DNA of 63,763 nt, filler included, from Choristocarpus tenellus KU-1152 (taxonomy: Eukaryota > Protista > Phaeophyceae), in NCBI GenBank assembly GCA_964200185.2. It is 10 parts of 10 records of this genome, joined end to end, with 100 filler letters (N's around TTAATTAATTAA, not from the genome) between each part and the next. Parts side by side here need not be neighbours in the genome. Positions count along the whole stretch, not along the records: positions 33,624 to 42,267 come from CAXNAD020004495.1; positions 42,368 to 45,495 come from CAXNAD020022125.1; positions 45,596 to 56,066 come from CAXNAD020002910.1; 7 more parts are not named here. One strand, 5' to 3'. Shown in pieces: positions 38,734-51,022 of this stretch. A model generated the notes under the pieces. It worked only from the letters and a program-made list of their open reading frames with translations, had not been told where the DNA came from and searched no databases. The translations under genes and the position numbers were made by a program. Each line of letters opens with the position of its first letter. Position 1 is the stretch's first letter.

Positions 38734-40543
38734 TTAGTACACCTCCACGTGCCACTGGCCTGTGGGGTGCACACATACGATGTTGAGAGACAGTTGGGGA
38801 AGGAAACAAGCATTAAAATAATATGATATAAAAAGTAGAAGTCGAAAAATATGTAGAGGAATGTGAACGAAGAGGAAGGTAGGGCCAAAGGGAGGTGAAA
38901 GGTTTGTGGATATCTAAGTAGTAATTGCTTTCTAGACTGCAACATACCTGAGTGAATTACCTTGACCTAAAAATCTAGGTAGAAAAACTATTAAGATTAA
39001 TTTCCTTTTGTTCAAGTTACGCTGAGCACAACGCAGTTTTCGTGAAGTACAAAAGGATTTCACAAGCATCATGTATCAACGCACCCTTTGACTTGAGGTC
39101 CTTGATGAAGTCCTCCCAAACGATCTTCTTTTCTCCCGCAACCCTCTCGAGCATGGAGAGGATACCAGGCATCATACCCTTCAGTCCGCAGAAGTAAATG
39201 TGGGCACCCTTGCTAAGCTTGTCGAATACCTCATCTCCGTACTCTTCCACCTTGTCCTGGATGTACATCTTGCCGCCAGATGCATTGGTCTGCTCACGGG
39301 ACAGAGCGTAGTCGAGGCGGAAGTTCTCAGGGTACTCTTTGAGGACTGACTGCCATTCGTCATCGTAAAGGAGCGAGTCGGAGTTGGCAACACCCAAAAA
39401 GAGCCATGCCTGCCCCTTGTAGTTCTCACGAGCCTGTGTGTTCTCCACGAACAGACGGCGGATGAAGGAACGGTATGGAGCGATGCCTGTGCCAGTTGCG
39501 ACCATGATGATGTCAGCCTCAGGCTGGCTTTCGGGCATAAGCATGACCTTGCCGCTGGGACCAGTAAGCTTCACCTCCATTCCAGGGTCTGCGTCACAAA
39601 GGTAGTTGGAGCACACACCCTTCTTAGCGGGGTCCTCGGCACCCATTTCGGGGTCCCAGTAGACAGCGCGGCGTACGCACAGGGTGGTGGTGGTGCCGGT
39701 CATGTCGTCACCGTAACGGGTAGAGGCGATGGAGTACAGGCGAACGGTGTTGGGCTTGCCATTCTTGGGGTTGATTCCCGGGGGGATCACGCCGTAAGAC
39801 TGTCCCTCCCAGTACGGCATCTTACCGCCGTGTGAAATGATAACGTCGCACGTCTCACCCGTTGCGTCCTTCCCTACGATACGCTTAACGGATACAACCT
39901 TGCCGATGTGAGGGGACTTGTTCTTGAACGTGTTGATGGGGACGCTGGACTGGTCATAGTAAGGGTCAGCTTCGAGGAAATCCTGCTTGCCAGAGGTAGC
40001 CTGCTCGAATACCGCGCTGTAAAATAAACATGCACATGACAGTTCTGAGTTAAAGGGTATTCGTGATCCGTCAAACATAAGTCAATAATGACGTGGGTGT
40101 TCAACTACAGTATTCCCATAGCTCGTGTTTCATAATCTCTTGGTAATACAGTCCTTTTGTAATAGTCTCTATAGGTGCATTACTGTCGGTATTCATTGAT
40201 GTACTACCTTGACCCATCCTGCCAGTAAACATGAACACAAATGTGCAAACACACTCCCATTCCTGTCATAAGCCGTAAAGAGATACCCCTTGGTGATGCC
40301 TGGCCTAGAAAGAGGTATTTCGCTGAGTATCAACACTAACCTGAGCCTCTCAATATCCACAACGTTGGTGGCGACCGCTTCTGCAAACCATGGCTCGTCA
40401 TCTGCTGCCATGAACATGGGGCCCACAGCGGAGCGAACAGACGATCGGGAAGCGACATGATGGGCGATGGGGGTAGGTGCCACGAATGCGGAGGCACCAC
40501 ACACTAGGAGGGCAGCCGTCAAGGCTGTTACCTGGTAAGCCAT
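38734..40543 (-). CDS. petH: Ferredoxin-NADP+ reductase, plastid-targeted, 386 aa; exons 40543-40341, 40016-39085, 38759-38734
   Basis: [43 protein letters not shown] and C-terminal WHVEVY; signal peptide with ASA-FVAP bipartite targeting motif; phase-consistent GT-AG introns. Confidence 0.97.
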
Positions 40544-40956
40544 GATAATCGCAAGCTTGGTATTTGGATGTCCGTCCCTTCTGCTTCTTACGGTGGACTG
40601 TGCCTTGGTGGCAATGATGGACACATGCGTTGGTTATGTCCGTATTGAACTTACAAACAAATAAAAAAACGTGTAGGATGGATATGCAATAAGAAAAAGG
40701 AACAATGGGTTTTTTTTACGTATAAGAATAAAATGTTGGACGTACAGTAGGAGTTACTGCATTAGAATAGGTGATGGGGATAGAAACATGGAGTGGTAGT
40801 AGTATAGCAGGAGGAGGAGGAGGAGGAGGAGGAGGAGTAGTACTAATTGTAGTAGTATTTTAGATTTCGAGCACTACCTTACCTTTAACCTTTCTCCCTC
40901 CGATAATTCAGTGTAGGGACCTTTTAAAGTAGTCTCGTACCAAATAATTACTTGGA
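40544..40956. promoter_or_regulatory. Probable bidirectional promoter/5'UTR region between petH and the B3GNTL1-like gene
   Basis: Divergent ATGs only 413 bp apart; contains (GGA)n and AGT repeats. Function inferred from position. Confidence 0.5.
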
Positions 40957-42215
40957 ATGGCACTGAAGAGGGTCGATGCACCTCCTATGGTGTCAGTAGT
41001 TATGCCTGTGTACAATGCTCGTGCATACTTGGAGGAGGCACTTCGATCAGTACTTACACAGACCTACCGACCTCTAGAGCTATCTGTCTATGACGACAGC
41101 AGTACGGATGGATCACAAGAGTTGTTGGAAGAGTGGAAAGCTAGGCTTGTAGAGGCGGGGGTGCAAGTTGTCATCACACGACCAAGTGAGGTGGCTTCGA
41201 ATCGTCCATTGGGTATTGGCTGCGCCAGGAATAGAGCCATCCGAGCAAGTCAAGGAGAATATCTGTGCCACTTAGACGCTGATGATGTCATGCTACCAAC
41301 AAGGGTCGAGGTGCAGCTGGAGGCATCGCGTAGGCGCCCTGGGACTCTTGTGGGCAGTCGGTTTACGCGGACTCCAGAGGAATCCACCCCTTACTATACG
41401 AAGTGGATCAATGGTCTCTCTGACGAGCGCCTGTTGCTCGAGCAGTACAGAGAATGCACGGTAAGTACACTTTGCGGTCAAGATGATTTGTTCAGTTCTT
41501 TTGACTCTGTTGGTTGGGAGCCACCTCTCCATCGTGATACACATAAGTTGAGCAATTAAATGTTTGCACGCAGTTGGTGCTGAGTTTCCACTTCACCCTT
41601 TCCCTCTCAACCCTGGCAATTTCATATAGGCTGCCTTCAACAACCGACTTCTATATTTAACGCCACTTCACATTCCATCAGATAATCTGTCCAACCTGGT
41701 TCTACCCCCGGTCATGCTTTGAAGCGATTGGAGGATTCATGGAGGATAGAAATAACCCTGAGGATCTTACCTTTTTCAACTCTCACCTGGACATCGGCGG
41801 AGGCCTCCATAAGGTAGAGGAGACCCTGGTGGTCTACCGACATGTACCAGGCTCATTCTCAGGTCGCACTGATAAGAGGGTGCTGCAGCGTGCCCGCCTA
41901 CCATTTCTTGAGCGGAGGGTACTCCAAGGGTGGTCAAACTTCACCATCTGGGGAGCAGGGAGAGATGGCAGACGTTTCCTAAATGACCTGTCTGAGGAAA
42001 TTGCACAGCAGGTAGAGGCATTCTGTGATGTATCTGCAAAGCTGGTGGGCAAGTCGTACTGGTTCAGGAACCGGCATATCCCAATTGTGCACATCTCACA
42101 GGCCAGGCCTCCCTTTGTTATTTGTGTGGGGACCAAGAACTTTGGAGGGGCAGTAGAGGCTAACATCGCATCTCTCAGTCTGGTTGAGGGAAAGGACTAC
42201 TATCACTTCGCTTGA
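40957..42215 (+). CDS. B3GNTL1: GT2 glycosyltransferase, B3GNTL1/QTGAL (queuosine-tRNA galactosyltransferase)-like, 345 aa; exons 40957-41460, 41682-42215
   Basis: VSVVMPVYNA, ELSVYDDSSTD, LCHLDADDVMLPTRV, IICPTWF, PEDLTFF, FTIWGAGRDGRR, AFCDV, ARPPFVICV and EGKDYYHF* match the full B3GNTL1 architecture, including its distinctive C-terminal domain. Confidence 0.88.
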
Positions 42216-42462
42216 TACCCCCGCCGCCCCCCCGCGGCGCGCCCGCCTGCTCGTCCTCCCCACCGACNNNNNNNNNNNNNNNNNNNNNNNNNNNNNNNNN
42301 NNNNNNNNNNNTTAATTAATTAANNNNNNNNNNNNNNNNNNNNNNNNNNNNNNNNNNNNNNNNNNNNAAAAGCGTGAGATGGAAAAAGGGACCCCAAATG
42401 CACAGCCCCCCCCCACCCCCCCCCCCCGAGATACTTTGAGCCAACAGACAACATTATCTCAC

Positions 42463-44943
42463 CCACAGCCAGGACAGGGGCATTTGCCGCAAATGTAACA
42501 GCTGTGAACTGAACAGGTGCCACCATTCCCTTGCAGATGTCCCCAGAAGTAGTAGAACCAGACCCAGAAGTGGGACCAGGCACCTGGCCATGCCGCCCTC
42601 CCCCATCAACTGAGTGAGCAGGACCTGTAGTAGACTTCAGGCCACCCCCACCAACTGCTGATTGTTCATCTGTGGCTAATCTTGTTGAGTCAACACCCCT
42701 GTCCTCAGCTTGGTTTCCCCCTGTTGAGCTAGAGTAGGGTCATATTGTTTTGTGGCATGGAGCGTGAATTTGCTAGGTGAAAGATGGTACTAGAGGGATT
42801 CGTGAGGGTCATGTCCAAGCATTACAGGGTCAAGGTCCAGGGAACTCCAATGTGGAGAAAGCGGAATGAGCAGAGTGAACCCTTTGAAGATGTCACTCAG
42901 TCATCAGAGACAATGAAATGATTGGGATTTAATGGATCATCGCTTCTGGGGGACAAAGTGCCAACAACAGGACAGGCGGATAATAATATGATACAAGAGT
43001 TCTCCTCATCATTTGAAATCTTGCTATACCCTTTTGTGTAAAGGAGTGTAGAGGCTCAAAGTATGTGGGGGGGGGGGGAGGAGGTCTAAGCCAGGGTGTC
43101 CATTCGAACCCTGACCAGGAAAAGTGCACTTACACTATCCATCCAACGCATGCAACCAAATCACCCAAAAATCACGACATGGAAAAATGGGCCCCGAATG
43201 GACAGCTGGCACCCCCCTCCAGATATTTTGAGCCAGTGACTGAGGCAAGGGTAGGATGAGGTGTTTCTGTGGACATATCTGAGCTTGAAATATGGGAGGT
43301 TATTTAACAGACGATGCAAATTATGGGACCAATTAGTGTCCTACTCGATACGCTCCCTTTCCGCTCAGAACAATTATTCAAAATGCACATTAAGAATAAT
43401 TTCTACCTGGTGGGTAAAAGGTCATTAGCGTTCGCTGAAACTACAGGATCCAGGGTTGATCGGCACAGGTCCCAAAGCTCCACCCTCCCATCCCCAGCCA
43501 CTGAAGCAAACACTGTGGAGCAGGTGGGTGACCAGGCCACATCGTTCACCACATCCGACAGGTCTACAGAACGAAGGGTATGAATTGGAGTTGCTTGCCG
43601 TTGCTCCCACAATCTAACTGTCCAGTCTGCGCTGGAAGACGAAAACAGGTTAGGTTTCGATGGTAAGAGACACCAGCACGAGGAAGATTTATGTCTGAGA
43701 TGAGCTGAATATCCAATGGTTCCACATAAGAGTGTTTCGCAGTTCTATGGGACTGATTATCACTCAATGTACATCTTATTGCTCAGCAAAGATGTGATAA
43801 GAGTGAGAGCGGATCTCTGTATTTGAACTGTGCTCAGTTGCTGATATAAATGTCATGCTTTGCAGGAAAGCACGTGCACGTACATTGATGTATCAGGAAC
43901 ATATCTATCCATCTGTGGTCAAAATGAGTTGCAAGCGACTATGGAGGGAAGTTTGAACTTCTTCATAACCATCACTTTGAGCAACAGCAAGGTTGAGATG
44001 CCTTCATACTCCCTCTTTTCCAAGTCAACCTCATCACGGCAACTTTTACATCCCATTAACTATCTTCGTTATAGAATAAAACGATTTCCCTCCCATACAT
44101 GCTCTGGTCCGTTTCTCACAATGCTCAACAAATTATCTAAAATCCTCTTTATACACTCTCATCCTTCTCCTATTCCCTAAATCGTCTCCTCACCTACAAG
44201 ATAGAAAGAAGCGATCCCAGAAGGGAGAGCAGCGAATGCGGTACACAGGACCAGTGTGGCCAACATATGACTCCAGATACTGTTCGTTATAGCTAACAGA
44301 ACACTTGTGGATTAATCCGTCCTCTGTGCCTGCAAAATAGGTGGCACTATCTCCTAGTGGGAAGTCAAAGGATAAACCACTAGCCTGCCGGGATATCACC
44401 CCCTCTGTGTTGCCTGGGAAGACAAATGTGGCAAGTAGATGGGTGGATAAGAATGGACCATTGGAAGGACGGTGGTGGTGATTGATGGTAAACTGAAGTG
44501 GTGTTGCCTCAAGCCTGCTCTGGATCTAATTGTGAGAAAGGATAAGATCAAACCGTAATATTTTGACAATCATAGAGGCATGCTATGCCAGGACATTGTG
44601 CATTGAAGATACTTCTGAACTGCGCAATGAAATGCCCCAAGAATAAATGTCCAGCACCCGCTCTAACTTGCCTATCCCTTGGACGGGGTTATATCTGTGC
44701 AATTAGCCTTTGGGGTATGTATCATGGCTGAGGAGGTTTATTTGGCATTGCCCAATTGTTGCATGTCTCAATGCAATTTTTTCTGTCTCTGCACTTCTTT
44801 ATCAGCTCCCTACCTATTCGCTTCAGCACCATAAGGAGGCTGAAGCTTAGACCTTTTTTCATGGACCACTCCACCACACGCCCGTCGGTACTAATAGAGA
44901 CCAGGGTCTCTCCCCGTTCTGCCCCTTTATTGACCCACTTCAC
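42463..44943 (-). CDS. DNAI4: Axonemal dynein intermediate chain WDR78/DNAI4 (IC138)-like, partial; exons 44943-44814, 44413-44194, 43631-43407, 42728-42463
   Basis: LVSISTDGRVVEWSMKKGL, GTEDGLIHKCSVSYNEQYL, FLSCSADWTVRLW, DVAWSPTCSTVFASVAGDGRVELWDL…LDPVV; phase-consistent splicing. Confidence 0.88.
43053..43234. mobile_element. MITE family B, intronic
   Basis: GGCTCAAAGTAT…ATATTTTGAGCC TIRs and conserved core. Confidence 0.88.
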
Positions 44944-45107
44944 CTGTGTACAGCCAAGTGGTGACATCAACATTGCAGTTTCAGTTTGACATTTAATGCT
45001 TGAAGTACTCAAGGGTGCCAAACAGTCCATAATAGAAAATATTGTGCAAGTCTGTGCGAATTTGGGAGTCAATCATGAGCTTCAGGTCAAACACCTCTTT
45101 CCCGATA

Positions 45108-45298
45108 GGCTAAAAGTATCCAGTGTGTGTGTGTGTGCGTGTGTGTCTACACCAGGGTGTCCATTTGGGCCCTGACCAGGAAAAGTGCAATTACATTATC
45201 CACCCGATGCATGCAACCAAAATCACCCAAAAATAGAGATGTGGAGAAATGGACCCCGAACAGATAGCTGCCACCCCCTCCCCCAGATACTTAGAGAC
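45108..45298. mobile_element. MITE family B with TSD ATA
   Basis: ATA|GGCTAAAAGTATC…GATACTTAGAGAC|ATA. Confidence 0.85.
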
Positions 45299-46016
45299 AT
45301 ACAGTTTTGATACTGATTGACTATATTGAGCTGAAGTCATGGACCTTATTTGAACCTAACACGGCGCCACCAGAACTTTTACAAGTGATGAAGGGGGAGC
45401 AGATGGAGGGAAATTCACTCAAACAAGGATCTAGATTCACACTCCTAAAGGCTCAAAGTATCTGGGGGGCAGGAGGGGTGGCAGCTGTCCATTTGNNNNN
45501 NNNNNNNNNNNNNNNNNNNNNNNNNNNNNNNNNNNNNNNTTAATTAATTAANNNNNNNNNNNNNNNNNNNNNNNNNNNNNNNNNNNNNNNNNNNNTTTAG
45601 GTGTTAATCAGGATTGTTTTTGTTTTTTTATCAGGGGGGGGGGGGGGGAAATAGGTTTTTGCATTTTCACTTGCGCACTGATTAATTACTTCGTGTTTTT
45701 TGTTGCATGAGTGATTGCTGCTGTCTTGCAAAAAAAAAATTGTCACCTTGGTCTTCGAGGACAAGACACTCTCTGCATACTCCCCATAGCCATCTCCACC
45801 AAAGTCTGAGCCCTGAGATAACACAGACCGGCACAGTGGAATGAGATGGGGGGGGTGTGTGTGTGAACAAGACGATAGCGCCAACATTGAAAAAGTGCCT
45901 ACCTACAGCAGATAATTACAGCAAAAAAATTAGAAAAAACATGGATGCCTAAAAAGGTTTGTCAAAACCATTTTCAGTAGCACTTTTGCAAGGCCTGTCT
46001 ATCTACACAGTACATA

Positions 46017-46437
46017 TGCCCTCTGTCCTGTAAGTCTGGGCCGTTAAGTTGTAGTTCTTCGGGATGACCTCCAATAACAAAACAGACTCTTGCGTTGGAT
46101 CGTTGGAATATTTTACATGAAAAAACTAAATTTCAAATAATTATACAGAGAGTTCTGTTCTGAAATGGTTCCGAAAGAATGGAACACAGAATGGGGCATA
46201 TTCCTATCGTTTTTTAATGTTCCTGCCGCAGCGTGGAGTCACACAACACCGATCAGTCTAAGTAGATCGAGCGGTCTCCGCGGCAGCCCTGGATTGGTGG
46301 GTTGACAGTGTTAAAGAAAGGCAAGACGTATTTTTCATGTAAAATATTCCAAGGAATCCGGCCCAAAGGTCTGTTTTGTAACCAGAGCTCATCCCAAAGA
46401 GCTTCGTCTTAACAGCCCAGACTTATAGGACAGAGGT
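46017..46437. mobile_element. Non-autonomous long-TIR (foldback/MULE- or hAT-like) element with 8-bp TSD AGTACATA
   Basis: ~105-bp imperfect inverted arms (CCTCTGTCCT…TGGAATATTTTACATGAAAAA and TTTTTCATGTAAAATATTCCA…AGGACAGAGG); AGTACATA at 46009-46016 and 46438-46445. Confidence 0.8.
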
Positions 46438-47519
46438 AGTACATAGGTGTGCAACTACAGACACTAACACAAACGGCGAAGTATATGAATATGTTTATAT
46501 TTATATTCATTGAAGACGTGCACAGATACAGTTAAAAGTAGAACACAACAAATGCAGTACTCTATCACATACACATACATCCTGCGAGCTTTGTAGTATA
46601 TTGGTACATTTTTGTGTAAAGGAAGGGCTTTGGCCGTGATGGCACCCCATGTGCATGACCGTTTTGTAGGATTAGATGCTGATAAACTCTGAGGTACAAA
46701 ACAGTTCCGAACTCACCGAATGGTACTGAAATGCAAGACGTAAACACAGTTGGCTTGGGTGCGAAGAGAGTGGAGGATGGATGTTAGCAGGTGAAGGCAA
46801 CCGGTTTATGTGCCCACGAAAGAAATAAAAATATGGACTAGGTTACACGTAAAAGTTTTGTTTGGTGATTGTGTCAACATCATTGAACTGTTGGGCACCA
46901 CCTATCTCCAGAATATTAACAAAAAAAATTCAAGCACTTCCGTTGTAGCACACTTTCCAACAGCACGTTCTACCACAATAACTTGTGGAGTGTCCCACAC
47001 TGCTGGTAATGTGTGGGGTAGTTAAATGACTAGGGAATCTAATTGATCAGGGATTCACTTGAGGCATTTTTGCACCCCTCAAACAAGAGAGCAGGGAGTT
47101 TGAAGTTGTCCTGAAACACATGCCGTACATCAAATGATAACATGGAAAGAGGTAACCAACTGCAGCACAGAGCTTGACCTAACCTTGATGGTTTGCAGAG
47201 GGAAATGGTTGGGGGTAGGACTTGTGCACTCCAACACAAAACCCTTGAGAGTAGGGTTCAGAGGTGATTGTAGTTGAAAATGCAACACACTTAGGGTAGG
47301 GTGAGGAATGGGGGACAGGGCAAGTGCTCTGGTTCAGGAGGATTGGCGAATTGCACTGACTTTGGAGCTGCAACACATGCTCCAAGTTTGAGGGTCAAAG
47401 AGACACAATTGGTAGTCAGACAGAGTATGAAGCTACTATCATACACTATAGATCCAAGCATATGAGTTTCCGATTACATATACAGTCAGCTTCATTTCCA
47501 CATATATATATATTTCTCC

Positions 47520-49640
47520 AGCAGTGCTACTTGCGTAGATCTTGGCAACCACAGCAAAGACTTCGCATAAACGCTGTGCGTTTCGTAGCACTGAGGACAT
47601 AAGGTAACCAAGGATGTCGAGCGATACGCAATCTCCAATGACTTGAATACATGGTCCAATTCCAAAAATAGATCTTTGCGTCAAGGAAACAATAGGTTGT
47701 GTAAGGAACCATGCGAACTAAACTTCCTCCTTTGGGGGACATCCATCTCCACTTTCTTGTCAATATGTGACTTTAAATGTTTTTGGGGTTATATTTTCAA
47801 AAAGCAATACGGCAAGCATTGCCTCCAAAGATACCCACAGCAACAAGTGGAATGATTCTAACTTCGTTAGAATAGCATCCACATCCATACCTGCCGTTAC
47901 CATGGGATCCTGTCCCGTACAGAGTGAAAAAAAGTCCAAAAAATGGCATGTACGCTTAAATTTCTTGTGAATGGGCGAGATCGTTTCAAATCGTGGGCAC
48001 TCTTACTACCAGCGAACGATAGGATAATTGCAGCATCATGGGGAAGCTCCTTTTTGTGATTTTCAGTTTACATCACAACTATCACATACATCCCACTGTC
48101 CCATCCACTACTATGCACGTAAGTTAATCAAATCACTGCGCAATCAAAAGAGATATTCTTGTTTAATACGACTTCTCAATTCGCTTAGGACACACAATCC
48201 TCTCACGCCATTATCCATTCACCTGCTCGCTAAGGGCCAGCAGGTCATTGATCCCATTGCTAACTTCCGATCCTGCCGTTGCCCCTCTCAAGTCATGACC
48301 ATCAACTAGGCTCTGAACCATTCCACCTCTTTCCAAATTTTCGATATCCGCGGCATCGTCCATGTCCCCTTATGCCAATGGAACCAGAGATGAGACCCAC
48401 CTACTTTGGTAGTTTTTTCGTTATTAGAAGAAAGTATCTCATTCGACGTGCTCTAACCCTAATCCTCCATCCGTCCATCCATAATCCATTATCCAACATC
48501 ACATCTACGTCCTAGACCGTGCTTCAGTGTGATACACAACACAGAAACAAACTACCACTTCCCAGCGCGTAGCCCCACAGCACGGGGTCGAAACTGCCAG
48601 AGTACGATATTTGATGTGTGAGTAAGATATTCGAGAATGGAATATGTTTGTAGATATTCGGGTGCGCAGCAATCCGGAGAGTATTCGCTATGCAATGGAG
48701 ATCTTGTGTTGCTTCACCTTTGCGCATCTACCATCCCCACAAGTGATACTCAAGCCCCAGGCCATCCAACATTCGATAGGACACAGAACGATCCCCTGCA
48801 GCGACTTCTTGCGTGGATCTAGACTTAGTGCAGTCTTCGAGCCTACAGATGGGTTTGGAGCATTGTGTACTTCTCTAAAGTTCAACAAAGACACTCGCGA
48901 TGCTCGAACTCCGTCGCCATATGCATAGTACTGGAGTAAAACCGACCCATACTAGTTCTTTCTTTCTTTCCTAGTAGCTCAACCTCTCAAATATTGTCCA
49001 AGGCAACTTTGAGGGTTGCAGGGTGTCCTGCTGCGTTGGTCATCTTGATGATCGATCAACTGCTACTCTCGAACATTGGCTTGATTGAAATGCGATTTAT
49101 TCAGTGCATGGAAGTATTGAGAGTGTCTATTTCTCTCGCGAAGTTGTATCAGATACTATCCCACTTTCGCGCAATCCTTCCTCTTCTTTCGAAGACCTCA
49201 CTTTTCACGATTCAGTATTTGGAGCTTGCCCAATCTAAGACCGTCGTCAATGCACCCACAAGTTGTAGTTTCAGCTTATAGATCCCTCTTGGAGTGGTTA
49301 GATAAATTGAGACATACTATGCCATCACGAAGAGTGGTTGACTTTGTCGTTTGTGTAAGCAACTTGGCCACGTTGAGGACAAAAGAGAATGATACCACAC
49401 TCCGTCAAGTAGAGTTACAGTGTCGTGAGATAAGTTACAGAGTCCATCGGTCTGCTTTGTGAATAGCGAACTCTCATAGTCTAGATTTCGAGGGATAGAG
49501 TACTTATGGAATAGTTTGCCCCGCTTTCGGGGAACTGTAATGTCTGGGGTCTGGCACGCTGGTGGTTGCGTGAAAGATGTAAGAGTTCAAGTAAGATGGC
49601 GCCCACAATATGCTCTACCTTTGTTTTGATACCATTGAGG
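47520..49640 (-). mobile_element. Heavily decayed Ty3/Gypsy internal region
   Basis: Met-type PBS TGGTATCA on the minus strand at ~49634-49627; degenerate RT/RNase H/integrase-like fragments with many stops. Confidence 0.5.
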
Positions 49641-50763
49641 TCACTTGTCACGCGCCAGATCCCTTACAATATGAAAGAATGATTGTAGAGATTTATAGCA
49701 TATAAAGACAGTGAGTAGTGGGGTTCATTGTTGCTCATACTTGCTAGTTTATTTCTTTGTCCAGAACATTGATGAATTGCACCCCCCCCCATCATGCTAA
49801 AGACAAGATGTGAACAGCCATTGAAGGTAGTGTGTGTAAGTTGAGGTACTTTAAGCCTGAATCCCCCTCCCCAGTACAATATGACTGATTACCAATGAGA
49901 AAAAGTGCGAAAGACGTTTCCGCGAGATCACAATTCCCCCACTATTGCATCCCCACCCAATGTCCACCCTACAATCACAATTTTGTCTTACAATTGCATT
50001 TACCCCTCTCCGTTCCAAATCTCTACTCCTTAGACAGTAACAGTTCACAACATACATAGGTAGAGGAGAGAAGCAGTCTGGACAGCATTAATACCAACGA
50101 AATGCAAACCCTCAACCAGGGAATGGATGTAACATGCATGGGACATACGACAGGCAAGTACATCGGTGTTGGAGAAGGGGTAACACACATCGAACTTGCA
50201 ATGTGCACCCCTGAAGAATGCTGGTAGAGACCTCATGAGAGGATGGAAAGCAGGGTGATGTGTATATTAATCCGGAAATATGGCATGATATTGAATTTGA
50301 GTGTAGGTAAAGATCCATCGACCAATAGATGCACCGTGCATCTCCACAGAAAGGACCACAGTTCTCAAGGGAGTAGGGGGTGGTTCTGGTGGAAACTTTT
50401 TGTATTGCCACATACTAGGTATGAGTGGTGTGAGACCTACTCCAAAATGAAATTCTAATGTCCAAGGTGGTGTGTGCCATATCAGCACTGTGTCAGTAAA
50501 CTGTGACACTTAGTGACCTTTCCTCAAGACGATATTATTTCCTCTTTCCCGCATCAGCAGACACTTAATTGCACAATTCATTACTTGGGGGAATTAGTGG
50601 ATTCCTCTGAGTGGGATAGTATGAATAACTCATTACTAGGTTGATTTCAAATCCACATTAGCGAGAGCACTGACTATGGTACATGTTTCAGAGTGTTCAA
50701 CGGGAAGCACTCTTGTCTGACTTACTAAATACACAATCATGTGCTGTTCCAAAATATGGCATT

Positions 50764-51022
50764 GAGTGAAAGTATCTTAGAGGGTACGAGTTTTGCCCCT
50801 GTTTGTCCATTTAGGGCTTGGCTTCCCAGGGTTTTTTTCATGACATTTTCCAACTCCAAAATGTGTTGGAGTAGGTAAAATGTGTGCGTTATGAAAAGGT
50901 GTGTCTGGAACAAGGATATTGACACTTCTTGACAGGCACGATAACCAAATTACAACAAAATCGCAACATTGGATTTTGGCCCCCAAATGGACGCGGCGCT
51001 ACCCTCTAAGATACTTTGGCTC
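50764..51022. mobile_element. MITE family A with 3-bp TSD ATT
   Basis: ATT|GAGTGAAAGTATCTTAGAGGG…CCCTCTAAGATACTTTGGCTC|ATT. Confidence 0.93.

Noticed and set aside
39017-40078. 353-aa ORF suggesting an FNR with novel termini and no C-terminal Tyr
   Set aside because: Both ORF ends are intron read-through; splicing restores the leader and QWHVEVY.
45740-47260. Isolated exon-like segments (e.g. GSDFGGDGYGEYAESVLSSKTK), with similar ones at 51.5-55.5 kb and 62.4-63.3 kb
   Set aside because: Splice signals are plausible, but no convincing phase-consistent chain or recognisable domain was found.
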